Notes under the pieces: model-generated | Databases searched by the model: none | Told to the model about the DNA's origin: nothing | Seen by the model: the letters and a program-made list of their open reading frames with translations, nothing else | Source: a bacterium | GTDB lineage: Bacteria > Patescibacteriota > Patescibacteriia > UBA1558 > S5-K13 | Reading direction: 5' to 3' | Length of the DNA stretch: 64,000 nt | Assembly: GCA_029555085.1 (NCBI GenBank) | Contig: JAKPTO010000026.1 | Span: 1-64,000 of the forward strand | Position numbers and translations under genes: made by a program | Shown here: positions 39,205-47,408 of the stretch, in pieces | Layout: each line of letters begins with the position of its first letter | Position numbering within the stretch: the first letter of the stretch is position 1

Positions 39205-39861
39205 TTAATTTAATAAAATTTTATTCAAATTTTTTTGACTAATAATTTTTTCCATATATTTATCTGGATTAACAATGAATGGATTTTCAACAATCGACAA
39301 CAAATGTAAATCTGATAAATGATCGCCATATGCATAGCTCCCACTTAAAGAAAGATTTTTTTCTTTTAAAAATTCAAGTACAGCTTGTTTTTTTTGAACC
39401 CCATAAATAACATTTCCTTCTATTGTTCCAGAATAAAATCCATTATTTTTTTGTAATTTTGTAGCTATGCAAAAATCCATTTCCAAAAAATCTGATATAA
39501 TTTTAACAAGTGGATAGATAGATGCTGAAAGTAGAATAGTTATTGCGCCCCTTTCTTTGTGATAATTCAGTATATCAAAAATTTTTTTATAAATTCTTTT
39601 CTTAATTTCGGAATTAAAAAAATCTGTCAATATTTTTTCTAAAGCCACCTCGCTCCAGCCATTAAAAAATTTAAAAACTTTTTCTCTTATTTTTATAACA
39701 TTTTGCACTAATCCTAATTTATAAAAAATAAACCAAATTAATACATAACTATAAAGAAAAAACCCTATTTTCTTGTTTTTAAAAAGGTATTTAATTAAAA
39801 ATTTTTGAGACTGTCCCTTTATAACAGTATCATCTAAATCAAAAAACACTACATAGCCCAT
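39205..39861 (-). CDS. HAD-IB family phosphatase (SerB-like)
   Basis: FFDLDDT, LSAS, K, AYGDHLSD motifs I-IV. Confidence 0.9.
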   Translation of the reverse strand: MGYVVFFDLDDTVIKGQSQKFLIKYLFKNKKIGFFLYSYVLIWFIFYKLGLVQNVIKIREKVFKFFNGWSEVALEKILTDFFNSEIKKRIYKKIFDILNYHKERGAITILLSASIYPLVKIISDFLEMDFCIATKLQKNNGFYSGTIEGNVIYGVQKKQAVLEFLKEKNLSLSGSYAYGDHLSDLHLLSIVENPFIVNPDKYMEKIISQKNLNKILLN

Positions 39862-39868
39862 AAATTAT

Positions 39869-40453
39869 TTAAATTACTAAATTTAATATTTCACTCCTCA
39901 ATCTCTCAGTTAAATCATTTTCATCTAGATCGTTTAAAACAATTTTTTTTCCTATATTAATATCACATTTCTTTAACTTCGGATATTTATCAAATCTAGA
40001 CATTATTTCAAACGCCCCTTTTATACCAACTGGTATTATTGGAACATTTACATTTTTAGCAATTCTAACAGCGCCATTATAAAACTTTCCGAGTTTACCA
40101 TCACTAGATCTAGTGCCTTCAGGAAATATTCCAATTGCTCTACCTTGCTTTAAATATTCGATTGCTTTATTAAGTGATTCTGATTTATCCTTTGAATTTC
40201 TGTCAACTTTTATCTGCTTTGTAGATTTAACAAGCCAACTCCACTGCCATTTTTGAAAAAATACCTCCCCTGCTAAAAAATATATTCTTCTTGGGCAAAC
40301 AGCTATAAGAGTAAGAAAATCAAAATAGCTTGAATGATTTGCACATATTACAAATGGTCCTTTTTTGGGAATATTTTCAATTCCCTTAACACTTCTTACC
40401 CAAACCAACCTAATTAATGTTCCAATTGTATATTTTAAAATCCAGTAAATCAT
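39869..40453 (-). CDS. plsC: Lysophospholipid acyltransferase (PlsC family)
   Basis: NHSSYFD (HxxxxD), FPEGTRS, PIIPV. Confidence 0.9.
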   Translation of the reverse strand: MIYWILKYTIGTLIRLVWVRSVKGIENIPKKGPFVICANHSSYFDFLTLIAVCPRRIYFLAGEVFFQKWQWSWLVKSTKQIKVDRNSKDKSESLNKAIEYLKQGRAIGIFPEGTRSSDGKLGKFYNGAVRIAKNVNVPIIPVGIKGAFEIMSRFDKYPKLKKCDINIGKKIVLNDLDENDLTERLRSEILNLVI

Positions 40454-42211
40454 TTAATTATAAAAACTTCTTATTATTTTATTAAAATGCTCTATTATGG
40501 TTTCTCTTTTTATTTTTAAAGTTGGTGTAAGCTCATCATGTTTTTCATCAAATTGGCGTGACACAAGATAAAAATGAACAATCTGCTCGTACCTAGAAAA
40601 ACCTTTTAATAAATTATTAATCCTATCCCTATAAAAAATTTGTATTTTATCCAAATTTAAATAACTTTTTTCATTATCAACTGCTATATTATTCAAAGAG
40701 CAATATTTTTCTATTTCCTCAAAGTCCGGAACAATTAATGCTATTAGAAATTTTTCATTATTACCGATAACAATGGATTGATTTATATACTTATCATAAT
40801 TCAACACTAATTCAATATTTCCAGGCACAACATTTTTCCCAGTTGATAAAACTATTACTTCTTTTTTTCTTCCGATTATATTTAAAAACCCATCTTTATC
40901 CAAAAATCCCAAATCCCCAGTATAAAACCATCCGTCAGTATCTATTACTTTTTCAGTTGATTCTTTATCATTATAATATTCCTTCATTACAGAGCTACCG
41001 CGAACTAAAATTTCTTTATCATTGTTTATTTTTACTTCTAAATTTTCCAACACAAATCCAACTGTTCCAAGTTTGTATTCATTCGTTTTATTTACAGAAA
41101 TAATTGGCGAAGTTTCTGTGACCCCATATCCTTCTATTATTTTTATACCGACATCTTCAAAAAATCTAGCAATTCTTTTATCCAAACTTGATCCCCCTGA
41201 TATTGCTAATCTTAAATTCCCTCCAAATATATTTCTAATTTTTCTAAAAACAATCTTGTCTAAAATACCACATAAAATTAGTAAAAAAAAATTTATTTTT
41301 TTATTGTGTCTTTTAAGTGAGTTTAATTTGCTTTGATTTTTTATTGCAAAATAAAATAAATTATTTTTAAACTTTGAGTCACTTCTTAAATTATCATGAA
41401 TTTTATCAAAAATTTTCTCAAAAATTCTAGGCACAGAAATAATTACCGTTGGCTTAGCTAGTTTTATATCATCAATAAGTGTTTTTGGGCTTCTGCTATA
41501 ATATATTGAAACACCTGAAACTAACGGAAGAAATTGTCCCGCTACCCTCTCTAGTACATGTGACAGTGGTAAAAATGAAAAAAATATATCATTACTACAT
41601 GTAGGCGTGTATTTTAAAACATTTTCTATATTGCTCAATATATTATAATTAGTAAGTACGGCGCCTTTTGGCATGTCAGTTGTTCCAGATGTGTATATTA
41701 TTGTTGTAACAAGATTTTTATCGTTTATTGGTTCTATCTTTTTATTATTTTCAACTTTTAAAATATCATCAAAATATTTAACATTTTCTTTCTCAACTTT
41801 GTCAAAGGATATTATTTGTAAATCATCTATTAAATGCTCATCAATTCCATAAAAAACATTTAATAATTTGTCGTTTGATATAAAAATTATTTTGGGTTTT
41901 GTTTGTGAAATAATGTAGTCAATATATTTAGTTCCATAAGTTGTATGAATTGGAACTAAAATTAATCCCAAATAATTACAAGCTAAGTCAACAGTAGGCC
42001 ACTCCCATCTGTTTTCAGAAAAAATTACAACCTTATCTCCTTTTTGTAATTTATTCTCAACGAAATAAGAAACTAATTTTAGAATATTTTCATTTAAACT
42101 TTTATAACTAATTTTTCTATAATTACCATTTTCTATGTATGCTAAAGCAGTATTACTTGGATATGTAATAACATTTTTTTTAAAATTAAGATATATGGTA
42201 TTTTGATCCAT
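40454..42211 (-). CDS. fadD: Long-chain fatty acid--CoA ligase
   Basis: IIYTSGTTDMPKG, LPLSHVLER, EGYGVTE, TGDLG, GRKKE, LTPTLKIKR. ATG at 42211 preferred over the upstream TTG. Confidence 0.9.
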   Translation of the reverse strand: MDQNTIYLNFKKNVITYPSNTALAYIENGNYRKISYKSLNENILKLVSYFVENKLQKGDKVVIFSENRWEWPTVDLACNYLGLILVPIHTTYGTKYIDYIISQTKPKIIFISNDKLLNVFYGIDEHLIDDLQIISFDKVEKENVKYFDDILKVENNKKIEPINDKNLVTTIIYTSGTTDMPKGAVLTNYNILSNIENVLKYTPTCSNDIFFSFLPLSHVLERVAGQFLPLVSGVSIYYSRSPKTLIDDIKLAKPTVIISVPRIFEKIFDKIHDNLRSDSKFKNNLFYFAIKNQSKLNSLKRHNKKINFFLLILCGILDKIVFRKIRNIFGGNLRLAISGGSSLDKRIARFFEDVGIKIIEGYGVTETSPIISVNKTNEYKLGTVGFVLENLEVKINNDKEILVRGSSVMKEYYNDKESTEKVIDTDGWFYTGDLGFLDKDGFLNIIGRKKEVIVLSTGKNVVPGNIELVLNYDKYINQSIVIGNNEKFLIALIVPDFEEIEKYCSLNNIAVDNEKSYLNLDKIQIFYRDRINNLLKGFSRYEQIVHFYLVSRQFDEKHDELTPTLKIKRETIIEHFNKIIRSFYN

Positions 42212-42307
42212 TAATTTAGGTGATTTATATTTTAATTGTACCATAATTGGCCTAAAATAAAAAGAAAAAAACGAAGTCAAAATAATGTCCCATTTTTATA
42301 AAAAATA

Positions 42308-42805
42308 TTATTCAAACCATTGTATTGTATAGCCATTTGGCGCCTCTTTTGTAAAATCTCTATGAGGACAAACACCAAAACCAGTATTATCAAATTTCCT
42401 TTCAAATGAAACAATTTGAAATATTGCAAAAGATTTTTTACATCCGTATTCTCCTTCTTGGAATTTATGATATCTGTAATGAAAATTTTGATTATTTAAG
42501 GGATCCGACACATCGGATAAAAAAAATTTCTCAATTAAATTTCTAAATAATGTTTTCCTGGCATCTATTGTTTCATAACTAACATCCCACTCATTTTGTG
42601 TTTGATTGTCTGGTAACTGATCAAACTCTAACTTATATAATTCAATTGCTGTTCTTATTTGTTGCGCATTCTCCATTCTTATCGTGTCTCTAATTTTTTT
42701 TTGTTGACTTTTTGTATACAATCCAATAATTATTGTTGAACAAAGAATAATTGAAACTAAAATTAAAATATTTAAAATAGATTTTGTGCCTTTCTCTGTT
42801 TCCAT
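42308..42805 (-). CDS. Pilin/GspG-like protein
   Basis: N-terminal hydrophobic helix, RDTIR...QIRTAIELY, DP motif, Cys pair; atypical prepilin cleavage site. Confidence 0.6.
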   Translation of the reverse strand: METEKGTKSILNILILVSIILCSTIIIGLYTKSQQKKIRDTIRMENAQQIRTAIELYKLEFDQLPDNQTQNEWDVSYETIDARKTLFRNLIEKFFLSDVSDPLNNQNFHYRYHKFQEGEYGCKKSFAIFQIVSFERKFDNTGFGVCPHRDFTKEAPNGYTIQWFE

Positions 42806-42894
42806 TAAATTTCCAAATAAATACTTATATATAAATTATATAATTTTTTCAATAAAAAAACCACCCTAAACTAAGTAGAGTGATTTTTATAAAA

Positions 42895-43542
42895 TTATTT
42901 TTGTGATTCTTCTTTTGTTTCCTCTGGTTCTTTGGTTTTTTCAGTTGTCTCTGGTGTTTCTGATTTTTCTTCTTCTACTGTCTCTGCCTTAGCTGGTTTC
43001 GCTATTACTATTGGTTGGTCTCCGTCAGTTAAAATTTCAACTCCGGACGGAACTTCTAAATCTGAAACTAAAATCATATCATTATAATTTTCAAGTTTAG
43101 ATATATCTACTTCAATTGATGAAATAATTTGACTTGCGAGACATTCAATTTCAATACGATCCATTGCTTTCACAAGAATCGCTCCTAGTTCTTTTACGGC
43201 TTTTGATTCGCCTGAAAAATTAATTGGGATTTCAACTGTCAATTTATTTTTTGCATCAAATCTATACAAATCAGCATGAATTATTGATCCAGTGATATGA
43301 TCTTTGGCTATATCATGTATAATTACTGGGATTTTTTTGTCTTCAAATTCTAAATTTAAAACCTGTGACTCACCCGTGGTATTAAAAATTTTCATAAACT
43401 CAGAATAAGAAACCTGCAAATTTAAATTTTCATGCTTTGGACCATAAACAACAACAGGTAAATACCCAGACGCTATGAGATTTTTCGCGCTTAAGCCACC
43501 AAAATTTTCTCTTTTTTGCGCTTTTAAGATTAATTCTGTCAT
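42895..43542 (-). CDS. rplY: 50S ribosomal protein L25/Ctc
   Basis: LPVVVYG, HADLY, VEIPINFSGES, acidic tail. Confidence 0.93.
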   Translation of the reverse strand: MTELILKAQKRENFGGLSAKNLIASGYLPVVVYGPKHENLNLQVSYSEFMKIFNTTGESQVLNLEFEDKKIPVIIHDIAKDHITGSIIHADLYRFDAKNKLTVEIPINFSGESKAVKELGAILVKAMDRIEIECLASQIISSIEVDISKLENYNDMILVSDLEVPSGVEILTDGDQPIVIAKPAKAETVEEEKSETPETTEKTKEPEETKEESQK

Positions 43543-43675
43543 TTTTTTAGCTTTCAAGGTTTCGACTTTCAGCTTTCAATTAGCTAAAAACAAAACTCTA
43601 ACTTAATTATTATAATTATCTCATTATAAAACAAGACAAAATTTATGTCAATAATAAATTGTAAGTTAAAAAATT

Positions 43676-44776
43676 TTACAATACACCTTTTTCTATATTT
43701 TTCCTTATAATTCTCATTAATTCCAAATAAAATTCTATATTATTTAAAGTTCCAAGTCTCATGGCTAAAGCATCTTCCACTTTAAACAAGTGATGTAAGT
43801 AAGATTTAGAATATAATTTCAACTCATCAATATTTGAATTTTTATTTATAGCGGATTTATCTTTTTTGAATTCAGCATTTGTTATGTTTATAGTTTTATA
43901 AAATTTTCCTCTCAAATTCTTATTTGTAAAATAATACAATCTTCCATGACGCGCTTCGCGTGTTGGAATTACACAATCAAACATATCTACTCCATTTTTA
44001 ACAGCAGTTAAAATATTATCAGGATAACCAACTCCCATTAAATATCTAGGACTTTTTTCTGGGAGCTTGTCTTTTAAAAATTTTAAAATTCCATACATTT
44101 CTTTATTTGTTTCACCAACAGCGAGTCCACCTATTGCATATCCATCAAATCCTATTTTCATAAGATCGTCTAAACTTTTTTTTCTTAAATCTTTATTTAG
44201 TGCTCCCTGAACAATGCCAAATAATAAATTTTTATTTTTAGGATCAAACTTTTTCTTGGACTCTTTACACTTTTTAGCCCAAATATTTGTTATATTAAGC
44301 GCTTTTTCTGTTGTTTGATAATCTGATTTTGAATCAATACACACATCTAATACCATTTGAATATCTGAATCCAAAACACTTTGAATTTTCATAACTTTTT
44401 CTGGAGTAAATAAATGATTTGACCCGTCATAGGTTGATTTAAAATTAACACCTTCATTAGTAATTTTTCTAATTTTAGAAAGTGAAAAAACTTGAAAACC
44501 GCCAGAATCAGTAAGTATTGGTTTTTTGTAATTTATAAAATTATTTAGAGATCCAAACTTTTTTATAACTTCTAATCCTGGTTTTAAATATAAATGATAT
44601 GTATTTGCTAAAATTATATCTGGATTTAATTTTTCTATGTCAGAAAAACTGAGCGACTTTATAACTCCACGAGTTGCTATTGGCATAAAAAATGGGGTAT
44701 CTATTCTACCCAATTTTGTTTTTAAAATTCCAATTCTCGCACTGGATATTTTTGATTTTTTTAGTATTTTAAACAT
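43676..44776 (-). CDS. tgt: tRNA-guanine transglycosylase
   Basis: TPFFMP, NTYHL, TDSGGFQVFSL, GGLAVGE, DMFDCV. Confidence 0.96.
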   Translation of the reverse strand: MFKILKKSKISSARIGILKTKLGRIDTPFFMPIATRGVIKSLSFSDIEKLNPDIILANTYHLYLKPGLEVIKKFGSLNNFINYKKPILTDSGGFQVFSLSKIRKITNEGVNFKSTYDGSNHLFTPEKVMKIQSVLDSDIQMVLDVCIDSKSDYQTTEKALNITNIWAKKCKESKKKFDPKNKNLLFGIVQGALNKDLRKKSLDDLMKIGFDGYAIGGLAVGETNKEMYGILKFLKDKLPEKSPRYLMGVGYPDNILTAVKNGVDMFDCVIPTREARHGRLYYFTNKNLRGKFYKTINITNAEFKKDKSAINKNSNIDELKLYSKSYLHHLFKVEDALAMRLGTLNNIEFYLELMRIIRKNIEKGVL

Positions 44777-46771
44777 TTATAAATCAATTACTCTTTCTTT
44801 TCCGCTAGCTTTTTTATCTCCTACTAATTCTGATGTTAAATAAGGAAAATCTTTACTAATTTTAGCTCCAGAAAATGAATCCATTCCGGAAATATTAGTT
44901 TGATTAATTAATGTAACTATTTTATCTTTATGATTTTTTTCTGGTGTTAACAATATATTAAATTTCCCTGTATAATCTTTTGACTTTTCTAATGTTTTAA
45001 TTTGCCAAACAACTTCTCGTGTTTCAGAATTATAAACCATATTTCCTTTTCCATAAACATTGGCCTCTCCCCAATCGACATTTGGAGGTAAAATTGTTTT
45101 CACATAAACATCATTTAAATCATTAGTTGGGGACTTTATCTGCCAAACAACTTCGTATGTTGTAGTTTCTCCGACAACTGGTGGAAGTGGACCAGAACCA
45201 ACAGCAAGTCCGTTTTCATCGTAATATCTAACTTTTGATGACGCTTCTATTGGACTATTTAATTTATTAATTATTGTATTGGATAATACTTCTTTTTCCT
45301 CTGAAGATGCATTTTTATATTTTAATTTTGCTTCTGATTTAACTAAATAATCTGTACTTCCTATATATTCATCATCAAATTGATGTAATTTAATTGAAAT
45401 ATTTATTTTTCCCTCTTGATTTTTTGCTAATTTTGCTAAAGATGGTATAGAATTTTTATCCCAAGTTATTGATAAATTATCTTCATTAAAATCTCCATTA
45501 AAATTATCTTGTAATGTTTCTTTGTCTAAATATTTTGAATCCAATTTTAAATTAATTACAATATTAGTTATTGCATCTTCTGAATTATTCTTATAATGTA
45601 ATTCATATTTTAATTCATCTCCCCAGTTCACAACTGCGTCAATTGGATTATTGTTTATGGAAATTTGCAAAGGAACATCAGAAGGAACAGACAATGTATC
45701 TTTTGAAACTTTTATATATGGAATCCATTCTAAAACTAAATCGTTCTCTAAATTATGCTCAATACTATATAGAGATTTTATTTCAATTATGGCATTAAAT
45801 GTTGATGTCGTATTATTTGCTAAATCTAAAAATCCTGAGACCTTTATTTCACCGGAAGATTTTTTTTGCAAATCTCCCAAATTCCAAGTATTTTCTGATA
45901 TTTGCTCTAGAGAATCGGCATTTACTTCGGATACAGAAAAACCACTTGGATATTCAAATCTAATTCTCGCATTTAATAAATTATTATCAGAAATATTTTT
46001 ATATAAAATCTTATAAGCAACTCTATTGTTATTTCCAATCTCAGATGGCGAATCAATGCTCAATTCCATTAATGTTTTTTCTATTTTTATTGTGTGACTA
46101 ACTTTTGTTTCAAAATTTGAACTAAAATTTACGGGCTCATAAGCAATCGCGGATTCTATATTAAGCTCATCGTTGGTGTTTCCAATTACCTGAATATCTA
46201 AATTAATCTTTCCGTCTTCACCTGGATCCAAATCTCCTATTTTCCACAAATTAGCTCCTAAATTATCTGGTTCCTTACTTGAAGATACATAATAAACTCC
46301 TTCGGGATAATTTATGCGAAGTTCAACATTTTTCACTTTTACTTGTTCTTTATTTTCATATTTTATTGTGAGTCCAACTTTATGCCCAGAAATTACAGAA
46401 TCTTCTCCGGAAATTTCTAACACCACGCCATTTCCACTTAGTGGCTTAAAATTATTAAAAAAATTCCAACCCAAATAACTTACAATAGCAACTGCTAAAA
46501 GAATAAAAATAATAATCCATAATGATCTCATGCCTTTGTTTTTACCTTTATCAAATGTGGAAATGTTTTTTCTTCTACCCCAAATATTATAAATATCATC
46601 AGTGGAACCAACTTTATCGTGATTGGGATTTTTTATACCTTTTAATTGCCTTTTAACAGGCATTCTTGGTTCCGCATAACTTTTACGGTTTCTTTTCTCT
46701 GAAGAAATTTTTTTTATATTTACTCCATCGCCTAAATTTGGTTTTGATTTTGGATTCAATGTTTTTGACAT
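44777..46771 (-). CDS. Membrane-anchored Ig-like (DUF11-like) repeat protein
   Basis: Single TM, repeated Y.N...W..GDL beta modules, GSGPLPP.VGE.TTY motif. Confidence 0.65.
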   Translation of the reverse strand: MSKTLNPKSKPNLGDGVNIKKISSEKRNRKSYAEPRMPVKRQLKGIKNPNHDKVGSTDDIYNIWGRRKNISTFDKGKNKGMRSLWIIIFILLAVAIVSYLGWNFFNNFKPLSGNGVVLEISGEDSVISGHKVGLTIKYENKEQVKVKNVELRINYPEGVYYVSSSKEPDNLGANLWKIGDLDPGEDGKINLDIQVIGNTNDELNIESAIAYEPVNFSSNFETKVSHTIKIEKTLMELSIDSPSEIGNNNRVAYKILYKNISDNNLLNARIRFEYPSGFSVSEVNADSLEQISENTWNLGDLQKKSSGEIKVSGFLDLANNTTSTFNAIIEIKSLYSIEHNLENDLVLEWIPYIKVSKDTLSVPSDVPLQISINNNPIDAVVNWGDELKYELHYKNNSEDAITNIVINLKLDSKYLDKETLQDNFNGDFNEDNLSITWDKNSIPSLAKLAKNQEGKINISIKLHQFDDEYIGSTDYLVKSEAKLKYKNASSEEKEVLSNTIINKLNSPIEASSKVRYYDENGLAVGSGPLPPVVGETTTYEVVWQIKSPTNDLNDVYVKTILPPNVDWGEANVYGKGNMVYNSETREVVWQIKTLEKSKDYTGKFNILLTPEKNHKDKIVTLINQTNISGMDSFSGAKISKDFPYLTSELVGDKKASGKERVIDL

Positions 46772-46774
46772 TTT

Positions 46775-47398
46775 TTAAAAAGAATTTAATTTTTTTTCTA
46801 AAACTTTTTCAAAATATGTTTTTATATAATTTAAAATTATCAATTTATCATAGTTTAATTTTAACACTAATTGTCTATTTTTTAAATATGTATTTTCAGT
46901 AAAAATATCAATAATTCTCATTTCTTTCTTATTTAAAGAGATTTTGTTTTTTTCATAAAATCCAAATTTCTTCATAATACACAATAAATAACATATTTCT
47001 AAATCTGACTCATTGTATAAATTAGAATTTACATCTTTTAAAAACTCAACTGTATTTTTGTAAATATATTTTTCCTGCATATTTTCTGGCAAAAAATTAA
47101 GTAAAATTTCTGACATTTTATTAAAAGACAAAAATGCTCTAAAATTTTTATTTACATCAAAAGAATTTATAACGCTAACCTGCGCTATTTTATTAATTGT
47201 CTTTCCTTGTGATAACATAAAAAGACATAAATTACCGGGCATTAAAAATCCAGATAACTTACTTTTTGGAGATGAAACTGATTTTGCAACAGCACTAATA
47301 AGTCCATTTTCAAAAGTAAAAATACGATAAAATTTATCTTCATCTTTAAAATTTTTCGCATACAGGATTATTCCTTGCGTTATATATTCACTATTCAT
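46775..47398 (-). CDS. recO: DNA repair protein RecO
   Basis: TQGIIL...FKDEDK...FTFENG.I.AVAKS...SKLSG. Confidence 0.8.
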   Translation of the reverse strand: MNSEYITQGIILYAKNFKDEDKFYRIFTFENGLISAVAKSVSSPKSKLSGFLMPGNLCLFMLSQGKTINKIAQVSVINSFDVNKNFRAFLSFNKMSEILLNFLPENMQEKYIYKNTVEFLKDVNSNLYNESDLEICYLLCIMKKFGFYEKNKISLNKKEMRIIDIFTENTYLKNRQLVLKLNYDKLIILNYIKTYFEKVLEKKLNSF

Positions 47399-47408
47399 TT
47401 AGGCCCTA

